Source: Azolla caroliniana
Lineage: Eukaryota; Plantae; Polypodiophyta
Direction: 5' to 3'
Assembly (NCBI GenBank): GCA_043228905.1
Contig: JBHGNT010001121.1
Coordinates: forward strand, 1-11,858
DNA: 11,858 nucleotides
Position numbers and translations under genes: made by a program. Below the pieces are notes generated by a model. That model had not been told where the DNA came from, did not search any database, and worked only from the letters and a program-made list of their open reading frames with translations. Shown here piece by piece: positions 1 through 8,196 of this stretch (position 1 is the first letter of the stretch; every line of letters starts with the position of its first letter).

Positions 1-794
1 CAAAATCAACATCCAATTCTTGACAAATATTTGTATTCACGGCACTCCCAATTACATTATAAAACTCTTGTCGTGCTTTCAAGACATCCTCGTTAATAAT
101 CAACTTTGGCCCAATCAAATTCTTAAAATGAGTAATGCATAACTCAATAACCTTGACTGGGTCTACAACAATGTCATCCCCTATCTTAATTTGTACCACA
201 TTTGAACGAGCATATGGTGGTCTTAATCCTTGAAAAAACATATGAGATTGTGATTGATTATCTATAAATCCTTCCTTTAATTGATGTAGTCTTGTCTGTT
301 GATAACTTTGACAAGACAAATTATTCACAATGTCATGTACTTGAACTTGAACATCCAAAAGCTCTTCATCATGTGGATTATTCATCAATAGTACATTGCA
401 CCGTGTAAGAATATATGAAAACTTATCAATCAATTTCTTACTTCTTTTAGCATTAGTCATACCATACATACGATGCATATCATTGATGTTTTGTAGTGTT
501 GTATCCCATGCATGCCATCCTTTTGAAATAACTTGTTTTGAAAACATGCCTAAAATTTGTTGCATATAGGCAACAAATAAAGAATGTAATAATAAAGAAG
601 AATTAAACCTCAATGGAACTCCTCGAAGCAATGTTTTGTACATATCTACCCCATGTTTATTAAACTCAAAACATATGGGAAAATGATCCGATGTCACAAC
701 CTCTTGCATAATTGACATATTAAGCATCTCTAGCAAAAAGGACTCATCATGCATAACATACATTCTATCTAACCTACTCCATGTTTCCTTGTAT
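1..794 (-). pseudogene. LINE ORF2, second part: end of APE endonuclease plus linker toward RT (RT core lies outside the window)
   Basis: Manual translation of 790->2 gives 263 codons with no stop: KETWSRLDRMYVMH...VTSDHFPICFEF...PLRFNSSLL...HFKNLIG...QELDVDF. Absent from the ORF track because it runs off the edge. Confidence 0.92.
791..794. repeat. Left target-site duplication of the copia element (GTAT; GTATT if the first LTR T is counted)
   Basis: ccttGTAT|TGTTGG on the left and TTTTCA|GTATTgc on the right; removing the element and one copy restores the LINE ORF2 frame. Confidence 0.85.
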
Positions 795-845
795 TGTTGG
801 GAAATCGGTCTCTCCGGATGGGATCTGGTGATGAATAAAGAGGAA

Positions 846-904
846 CCGGTGAGAACCGGAAGAGATCCGGAAACTGGAGGAGACCCGGTGAGAACCGGAA
901 GAGA
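846..904 (+). repeat. 20-bp direct repeat CCGGTGAGAACCGGAAGAGA x2 in copia U3 (846-865, 885-904)
   Basis: Exact repeat with a 39-bp period; degenerate in the 3' LTR. Confidence 0.85.
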
Positions 905-958
905 AGACAGATTTGAAATATGTCTTGAATAAGCCCACTGAGGCTATATTTGTAAATA

Positions 959-995
959 GCCCTAAGTTCATATAACTATAAATATGACTTAGGGC
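959..995 (+). promoter_or_regulatory. Copia LTR TATA box (TATAAATA, 977-984) inside a 14-bp inverted repeat
   Basis: GCCCTAAGTTCATAT-aactataa-ATATGACTTAGGGC; the same structure is at 5362-5398 in the 3' LTR. Confidence 0.65.
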
Positions 996-1048
996 AATCA
1001 CTTTGTGTGTGCGATTGTGTTGTTGTCATATTGTTGTAACTGTTGTAT

Positions 1049-1071
1049 AGAGAGAGAGGGAGAGAGAGAGA
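1049..1071 (+). repeat. (GA)n microsatellite in copia LTR (second copy 5452-5472)
   Basis: AG dinucleotide run seen in both LTRs, with a 2-nt length difference. Confidence 0.9.
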
Positions 1072-1343
1072 TACAGAGCGATACTCTGTTGTAACCGCCA
1101 TTGTGCAAAGAAACAGAGCTCGAGTTCGTTGCCTCTGAGTCTTCGATTGTACCCCTTTCTCTTCATTGTGATAGTTCGGAGTTTGTGGGCTCTCGTGGTT
1201 TTTCCCTATTACGATTTTCCACGTAAACATCCTGTGTTATTTTTTTGTGTACTCTCCACTTCCCATTTCTGTGTTTGATTCTTAAACAAGTGATTTACTA
1301 CTTGGTTGTGGCCGAACGATATTCCGCGCATTTCTTTTCAATA

Positions 1344-1354
1344 TGGTATCAGAG
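1344..1354 (+). other. Copia primer-binding site complementary to tRNA-iMet 3' end
   Basis: TGGTATCAGAG, 3 nt after the 5' LTR end; the standard plant iMet PBS. Confidence 0.95.
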
Positions 1355-1369
1355 TGAACAACACAAAAA

Positions 1370-4300
1370 ATGGAAGAATCTTACGGCGGCATGTTCAAGC
1401 TCACCGGCTCCAACTACTTAGTGTGGAAGTCGAAGATGAGGGACATGCTGGTGGTTAAAGATCTTTGGTTGCCGGTTCAGTTCGGGGACAAGAGACTGGA
1501 TAAGATCGACGCCACGGTGTGGGAGGTGATGCACATGAAGATGACGACATACATCCGGTGCTTCATCGACATGAGCCTGTACAACAACTTCAATGAAGAG
1601 TGCAAGGCTCATGAACTCTGGGAGAAGATCGACATCATGTTCCAGAACAAGAAAGTCGTTAATTGGGTTTCGGTATTTCGGAAGCTAGTGAGGCTCCACT
1701 ACCAAGACGACTCCAGTATGGCGGAGCACATGAATGCCTTCCAGGGGCTGATACACCAAGCAACCTCGTTGGAAGTACCTCTCACCGATGAGGTACTTGG
1801 CTCTACTCCTGCTCGGTTCCCTCCCGGATAGCTGGGAGACGTTAGTTGTTAAGGGGGAGGCCCACTTGCTTCTATTGTGGCAAGCCGGGGCACTTCAAGA
1901 AGAACTGTCGACATTTCCGGAAAGACAAGGGAACCGACAGTACCGATTCGAAGAAGTCACCAGACCGAAACGGTTCGGATCGGCAAGACCCGGATCGGAA
2001 GGGAACGACGGTGATCGCGTCAAGTGAAGAAGAACTAATGCTCATTAATGAGGAGAGTGAGTTGAACCTTGTTGTCAACAAAACAACGTGGGCTGTCGAT
2101 TCCGAAGCGTCGTTCCACCTTACCCCGGACCGGAAATGCTTCTCATCCTACACAGCCGGTGAGCACAACTATGTCCGGATGGGGAATGAAGGGACATGCC
2201 GAATTATCGACATAGGAGATGTGCTGCTGACGACATCAATCGGATGCAAGTTGTTGTTGAAGGATGTCCAACACGTTCCGGAGGTTCGATATCAGCCGAT
2301 CAGCTAGATGATGAAGACTACACAGGTAGCATCTGGAATAATGGCTCGAGCCCGGAAGGTCAACACACTGTACTTAATGCATGCCGGGATATGCCGGGAT
2401 GAAGTGAACGTAGCATCTAACACTGTCGGTGAGCTATGGCACAAAAGACTCTGTCACATGAGTGAGAAGGGGATGAAGAGGCTTGCCGAAGACAACCTCA
2501 TTCTAGTGAAGGACGTGCAACTTGAGAAGTGCATCGACTGCCTGGATGGCAAGCAAAACCGAACCTCCTTCCGGTCAAGACCACCGATGAGACGGAATGC
2601 ACCACTGGAGCTGGTGCATACCGATGTGTGTCAAGTAGACACGAAGTCACATGCTAGATCGCAGTACTTCGTGACGTTTATAGATGACCACATCTGGAAG
2701 CTGTGGGTCTCACCGTTGACGACAAAGGATCAAGTGTTATCCATCTTCAAGGAGCTCCATGCGAGAATGGAAAGAGAAACCAACCGGAAGCTAAAAGCGG
2801 TTCAAGCAAATAACGGAGGAGAATACCGAGGGCAGTTCGAGGAGTACTGCCGGTCGAAGGGAATCCAACTCGAATTCACTGTGCTGAAGACGCCGGAACT
2901 AAACGGGTTGGCCGAAAGGATGAACCGGACCATAATGGAGAGAGTTCGGACCATGCTCGCACATGCCAAGTTACCCAAGACGTTTTGGGTTGAGGTGATG
3001 ACAATGACGACCTATGTGATAAACAGATCACCCTTAGTACCCTTGGGCAGAGACTCACCGCAGAAAGTATGAACCGGTAAGGATGTGTCTTACTGGCATC
3101 TGAAGGTGTTCGGGTGTCTCACATACGTGCATGTGGCGAAGGACAAGAGAGCAAAGTTGGATCCGAAGTCCCGGCCATCCATATTCCTTGGATACGGCGA
3201 TGATAAGTTTGGTTACCGGGTGTGGGATCTGATCGACAGAAAGGTGTTCCGGAGTCTGGACATATTCTTCATGGAAGACATGACCATTGCCGACTGGGAG
3301 TCAGAGAAGAAGGTAATGAACTCCAGATCATCCATTGAGAACCGGCCTGAGGACAAAAGGATATACCCGATTGAAAACCGGATGTTAGCCAATAACCGGA
3401 TGACACTCGACGAACCGGCCCGATACGGACAGGAAACCGAACCGACCGAAGAAGAAGACACCTGAAAGGACAAGATCCCGAATCAGATTCGGATTTGGAA
3501 CAAAAAGAGGAACCGGTAGTCAAAAACCAAGGACGGAGATATCCTCTCTGGGAGAGAAGAGCCCCTCGAAGATTTCCAAATGCAGAGCATGTGTTGCTAA
3601 CCGATGAGAGGGAGCCGAAAAGCTTTGAAGAAGCAAGGGGAGACACCCACAATCGTAAGTGGTTGAGTGCCATGCAAGATGAGATGGATTCCTTACATGA
3701 GACCCACACATATGAATTAGTGGAGTTGCTGAAAGGAAAGAGGGCACTCCGGAACAAGTGGGTGTACAAGCTGAAACTGGGAGACACCGGAAATCCACCA
3801 AGGTATAAGGCCCGAATCGTGGTGAAGGGCTTCCACCAAAAGGAAGGAGTGGACTTCGATGAGATCTTTGCCCCGGTAGTAAAGATGACATCCATCCGGA
3901 CGGTCTTGGGCATAGCGGCAAGCATGGACCTCGAGGTAGAGCAACTGGATGTCAAGACGGAATTCCTACAAGGAGACCTCGAAGAAGAGATCTACATGCA
4001 TCAACCAGAAGGATTTGAGAAGAAAGGGAAGGAGCACCTGGTGTGCTGGCTGAAGAAGAGCTTATACGGACTGAAGCAAGCTCCCTGACAATGGTACCGG
4101 AAGTTTGACTCCTTCATGACTGATCAAGGGTACCACAAGACGTAGGCTGATCACTGCGTGTTTGTGAAGAAATTTGATGAAGGAGATTTCCTGATATTGC
4201 TTCTGTACGTGGACGACATGTTGATTGTCGGACAAGACCAAGTCAAGATATGGATGTTGAAGAAGGCCCTTAACTGGACCTTCTCAATGAAAGACTTGGG

Positions 4301-5183
4301 TCCGGCAAGACAGATACTGGGGATGCACATCATTCGGGACCGGTCGAAGAAGCAATTGTGGTTGTCACAGGAAAAGTATGTGACAAAGGTGCTTCAACGG
4401 TTTAACATGTTAGAAGCAAAACCGATCGGATCGACACTCCCGACAAACTGCAGATTATCCGGTAAGCAAAGACCGAAGACAAAAGCAAAGAAGGCGGATA
4501 TGACGAAAATTCCATATGCCTATGCGGTCGAGAGCTTGATGTACGAAATGGTGTGTACTCAACCGGATATTGGATACGCAATCGGAGTGGTGAGTCGGTT
4601 CATGACCAACCCCGGAAAAGAGCACTGGAATGCGGTAAAATGGATACTCTGGTACTTGAAGGGCACTTCGAGTATGTGCCTCCGATTCGGCTCCGGTAAA
4701 CCCCTCGTGGAAGGATTTACCGATTCGGATATGTCGGCGGATGTGGACACTAGCCGGTCAACTTCCGGATATGTCATGACCTATGCAGGGGGAGTCGTTT
4801 CGTGGTAGTCGAGGTTGCAGAAGACGGTTGCATTGTCAACCACGGAGGCGGAGTACATGGCAACCGTGGAAGCTGGCAAGGAAATATTATGGATGAAGGA
4901 CTTCATCGGAGACCTAGGGATCCGACAAGAGGAATATTGGCTCTACTGCGACCGTCAAAGTGCCATCCACCTTGCAAAGAACGCGACATACCATTCCAGA
5001 ACGAAGCACATCCAACGCAAATACCATTGGATCCGGGAGCGAGTTGAAGATCGAGAGTTCGTACTAACGAAGATCCACACGGAGGAGAACGGGTCGGATA
5101 TGCTAACCAAGGGGCTGACAACCGACAAGCTAGACGCATGTCGGAAACGGATTGGACTTACAAGACATCCCATACCGGAGTGA
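1370..5183 (+). pseudogene. Copia gag-pol polyprotein, disrupted
   Basis: Gag (LLGSLPDSW), knuckle CFYCGKPGHFKKNC (1867-1908), protease WAVDSEASFH, pre-integrase LWHKRLCHMSEKG, integrase LVHTDV/FIDD/NGLAERMNR, RT YKARIVVKGF/LLYVDDML, RNase H FTDSD/STTEAEY/KHI. Stops at 3070, 4086, 4143, 4806; frameshifts near 1800, 1850, 2290, 2340, 3470. Confidence 0.96.
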
Positions 5184-5192
5184 AGGGGGAGA
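5182..5192 (+). other. Copia polypurine tract
   Basis: GAAGGGGGAGA just before the 3' LTR, overlapping the pol stop codon. Confidence 0.92.
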
Positions 5193-5193
5193 T

Positions 5194-5740
5194 TGTTGGG
5201 AAATTGGTCTCTTCGGATGGGATCCAGTGATGAATAAAGAAAGAGGACCCGAAGAGAACCAGAAGAGATCCGAAAACTGAAGGAGTCTTGGGAGAACCGG
5301 AAGAGAAGACAGATTTGTAAATATGTCTTGAATAAGCCCATTGAGGCTATATTTGTAAATAGCCCTAAGTTCGTATAACTATAAATATGACTTAGGGCAA
5401 TCACTTTGTGTGTGCGATTGTGTTGTTGTCATATTGTTGTAACTGTTGTATAGAGAGAGAGAGAGAGAGAGATACATAGCGATACTCTGTTGTAACCGCC
5501 ATTGGCGAAGAAACAGAGCTCGAGGTCGTTGCCTCTGAGTCTCTGATTGTACCCCTTTCTCTTCATCGTGATAGTTCGGAGTCTGTGGACTCCCGTGGTT
5601 TTTCCCTATTCGGGTTTTCCACGTAAACATCTTGTGTTATTTTCTTGTGTACTCTCCACTTCCCATTTCTATGTTTGATTCTTAAACAAGTGATTTACTA
5701 CTCGGTTGTGGCCGAACGGTATTCTGCGCATTTCTTTTCA
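5194..5740 (+). repeat. Copia 3' LTR (547 bp)
   Basis: TGTTGGGAAA...TTTCTTTTCA; direct repeat of 795-1340. Confidence 0.96.
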
Positions 5741-5744
5741 GTAT
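5741..5744. repeat. Right target-site duplication of the copia element (GTAT[T])
   Basis: Matches 791-794(795). Confidence 0.85.
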
Positions 5745-6313
5745 TGCATAGACTAAAATGTAAACCCAACCTCATCTTGATGCAACCATTTCCATACATC
5801 CAACTTCAAAACCTCTGATGCCAATTTGTCCCAAACTACTTGCTCGGGAGAATCCATGAATGAGAATCGTGAAGTAGATTGTGAAGCATCAACACACATA
5901 TTAAAATCACCCATTAATAAACCAACATGTCCCACTAATAACCGTGGATACATTGAAGACCATAACTCAATGCGTTGATTAGCATTATTGGGTGCATAGA
6001 TTCCTACCAACCATATCAAATCCTCAAAATACTTGACTTCCATCACCAAAAAACGTCCATATGGATCATTATAGACTATATGTGGACAAAACGAATCATG
6101 AATAATCATGACAACCCCTGAGTAATGATGTGATAATTATCCTGCATAATATGCGGAATATCCATGCAAATGTAACACAGATCCTGCAAAATCATGACAC
6201 TTATGTTCAAGTGCACATAAAACATCCCATTCTTGATCAAATAAAGTTTTCCATAATATATATTTCTTATGAGGAGAAGATGCCCCTCTCACATTCCATG
6301 ATACCACTTTCAT
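5741..6313 (-). pseudogene. LINE ORF2, first part: APE-type endonuclease domain
   Basis: ATG at 6313 reads MKVVSWNVRG...LCALEHK...YSGVVMII...GRFL...GIYAPN...MGDFN...GFTF*SMQY in one frame, with premature stops at 6139-6137 (TAA) and 5755-5753 (TAG). Confidence 0.93.
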
Positions 6314-7699
6314 TTAACACCTTTGGTAAGAACTTGCTCTTTATGAGCAAGTATATTCATGAATGTACTAACTACTTGTTTAAGAGCTGCATAAGGATTT
6401 GTGTGTACTACATCCCCTCCACCAATATTAGGGTTTTGTTTTCTAGCTCCACGAGAACGAAGTCATTGATTTAATTGAGGTCGTACCACCCTTCCTGAAG
6501 AATCGAATTGTAATTGGTTGGACAATCTCTGATTTCGCACTTGTTTCTGCCAAGGATTTTTCTTAAACCCCTCCTTCAATCTCAAATTATCTTTTGGTAA
6601 TGTCGTACCATAAGTATTTTTGTTTCCCTTTGTATAACAACACCCTTCCCTTTTATCTTATGGTCCACTTGATGCCACTCTCCATCTTCAACATTTGGGC
6701 CATCATTATTACATACTCCATTCTCCTCCCCAACACCTCTAACATGACCATGAACTTTAGGATCTCGCTCTAACCCATGAGATGTTCCCTCATCCATGAC
6801 CATATCAACCATTGAGACAATATCCTTCTCAACATCTTCCTTATTTTTCCCTTTGACATTATTTTCTAGGGATAGTTCACCATGATATTGGCATTCAGCC
6901 ATAAAATGCCCCAATTTACCACATTTAAAACAATGTCCTGCAAAAGTTTCCCATTGAAGCTTAAAACGAAATCGACCAAATCGAGATGTATCGATACTCG
7001 ACCATCCTGGAAGTTTACAGCTTGTATCCCATAACGTGCAAAATCTACATTTGTTCAACGAATTAACATGAGGTGCAACCAAAACTTTACCAATTTGGGA
7101 CATCAATCCCGATAGTAAATCCCAAAAGAATAAGTTACTACAATCAACGGTCACCCAAATTGGACATTGTTGTTTTAATAAATCTTTATAATCCACCACC
7201 GGAACCCATTCCATCACATGCACTAATCTTCTATAAAAAAATATTGGTACCTTTGCCATCAAAGTCGTACGGTGTTCTAACGATCGAAAAACTACATCAT
7301 AGAAACCTCTTAGACCCACATACACATCCTCAACACAATTAGGCATTATGAATGAATTCAACCAATGCTTAATCCATGATACCAAAGGAAGTTTGCTAGT
7401 GAAATACAAAATAACACCATGATCATAGAACCTGGCAAAAGTTGCTAACATAGAGTTGGTCTCCATCACCACCTCGACAACATCTTCCTCCACACAATCT
7501 TTAGCATCTTTCTCATTTTTTTCCATAAAATTGGAAAGCAAAGCCTTAACAAAATCACAACGATTGTCAATATCATAATCATCTCCAATAACATCTTTCC
7601 CACCAATAATATCAGCATATGATGTTCTCTCATTTTTTGTAGAATCAATACACTTTTGCCTCTTGTAATTTTCATAACCATCATCACTACCACATCCAT
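6310..7699 (-). pseudogene. LINE ORF1 (plant L1-type, DUF4283-like region plus CCHC zinc knuckle); N-terminus removed by the gypsy insertion
   Basis: SYADII motif, GFYDVVF...VMEWVP...PIWV block and CFKCGKLGHFMAEC (6932-6891). After a frameshift near 6600-6655 a second frame runs to TGA 6312-6310 with one internal stop (6465-6463). Confidence 0.85.
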
Positions 7700-7708
7700 T
7701 GTCATGAT

Positions 7709-7775
7709 ATGGCAAGACTCGAACCCATGACCTTATACTACATGGGTCGAGCTCTTACCATTAGACTATGAATTG
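7709..7775 (-). promoter_or_regulatory. tRNA-derived Pol III type-2 promoter-like unit (A box 7768-7758, B box 7725-7715); not a functional tRNA
   Basis: Minus strand TAGTCTAATGGTAAGA...AGGTCATGGGTTCGAGTC, with tRNA-like spacing from U8 to G53-T54-T55-C56-G57-A58-C61; the acceptor stem does not pair. Confidence 0.68.
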
Positions 7776-7828
7776 TAATTTGTAAGATATTATTTTCATT
7801 TATATTTTATCATAGAAAATTGATGTAT

Positions 7829-7878
7829 ATTCCAGATCTCTCTGGAACATTCTAGAAGCTTCGGGATTATTCCTAAAA
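7829..7878. promoter_or_regulatory. Heat-shock element array (alternating nGAAn/nTTCn), perfect 4-unit core at 7844-7863
   Basis: TTCcaGATctCTCtgGAAcaTTCtaGAAgcTTCggGATtaTTCctAAA: 10 units in 5-bp phase, 6 perfect and 4 with one mismatch, directly upstream of TATA. Confidence 0.8.
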
Positions 7879-7882
7879 ACAC

Positions 7883-7889
7883 TATAAAA
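7883..7889 (+). promoter_or_regulatory. Gypsy LTR TATA box
   Basis: cTATAAAAgg, 33 nt upstream of the predicted transcript start at about 7916. Confidence 0.75.
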
Positions 7890-8125
7890 GGAGGCACAAG
7901 GCATTGTTTTGAACCAAATTGGTTCAACACCAATCTTAAGCCTCTTAGCCAATTTGTACTTATCTTTCATATAATATAAGAGTTGTTGTCATCATCCTAA
8001 CTCTCCCTCTCCTCTTCTCACTTCCTCTCTCTCGGGAATCTTACGCAGTCACGTCCTCTTAGTACTAATAGTACTGCTCTTCTTAGTACTAATTCCATCT
8101 CTGCTTTAGTACTATTCCTGACAAT

Positions 8126-8137
8126 TTGAACCAATTT
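8126..8137 (+). other. Self-priming primer-binding site
   Basis: TTGAACCAATTT is the exact reverse complement of AAATTGGTTCAA (7916-7927); no TGG-type tRNA PBS follows the LTR. Confidence 0.82.
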
Positions 8138-8196
8138 TCTCTTTCCTCCAGCCTACTTGTCGTTCTCCCTCATCCTCCTACCCTTTTCCCTCTACT

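Larger units (their letters stand above)
795..1340 (+). repeat. Copia 5' LTR (546 bp)
   Basis: Starts TGTTGGGAAA, ends TTTCTTTTCA; aligns end to end with 5194-5740 (about 34 substitutions and 5 small indels by hand count). Confidence 0.96.
795..5740 (+). mobile_element. Full-length Ty1/copia LTR retrotransposon (Tnt1/Tork-like), now defective
   Basis: Two LTRs with TG...CA ends, PBS, PPT, TSD and domain order gag-PR-IN-RT-RH. The lineage call rests on recalled similarity to Tnt1-type polyproteins and is less certain than the superfamily call. Confidence 0.97.
1..7699 (-). mobile_element. L1-clade LINE (non-LTR retrotransposon), decayed; interrupted by a copia insertion (795-5740) and cut at 7699/7700 by a gypsy insertion; continues off the left edge
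   Basis: Minus-strand ORF1 with a CCHC knuckle, followed directly by ORF2 with APE endonuclease motifs SWNVRG, IYAPN, GDFN, SRLDR, SDHFPI. AT-rich composition distinct from the two LTR elements. Confidence 0.93.
7700..8123 (+). repeat. Gypsy 5' LTR (424 bp, inferred without the partner LTR)
   Basis: Terminal inverted repeats TGTCATGA (7700) and TCCTGACA (8123) match 7/8; internal TATA; PBS-position motif 2 nt downstream; gag ATG at 8197. Confidence 0.82.

Noticed and set aside
774-1230. Antisense ORFs 774-1001 and 976-1230, with near-identical twins at 4955-5404 and 5379-5630
   Set aside because: They recur only because the LTR is duplicated. They cross a microsatellite, change frame internally between copies and show no recognisable domain.
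2381-2400. Tandem 10-bp repeat ATGCCGGGAT x2
   Set aside because: The frame stays open through it and it fits the CCGG-rich composition; there is no sign of a separate insertion footprint.
3269-3955. 228-aa antisense ORF and the other shadow ORFs over copia, gypsy and LINE coding regions (e.g. 6130-6474, 10220-10507)
   Set aside because: Opposite-strand or off-frame shadows of retroelement ORFs with no independent motifs.
789-5749. Alternative TSD TTGTA/TTGCA with LTRs ending in TA
   Set aside because: It needs non-canonical LTR ends and a mismatch, and the empty site would frameshift LINE ORF2.
7700-7715. Start of the 377-aa ORF (MPYHD...) given by the ORF track
   Set aside because: It is a TTG start inside the gypsy LTR, a read-through artefact; the true LINE ORF1 start is displaced.
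7705-7775. Possible real tRNA gene on the minus strand
   Set aside because: Acceptor stem does not pair and the anticodon and T stems are weak; only the A/B boxes and their spacing remain.
8060-8114. CRISPR-like array of palindromic repeats
   Set aside because: Repeats are 8-10 bp with short irregular spacers, lie inside a eukaryotic LTR, and no cas genes are present.
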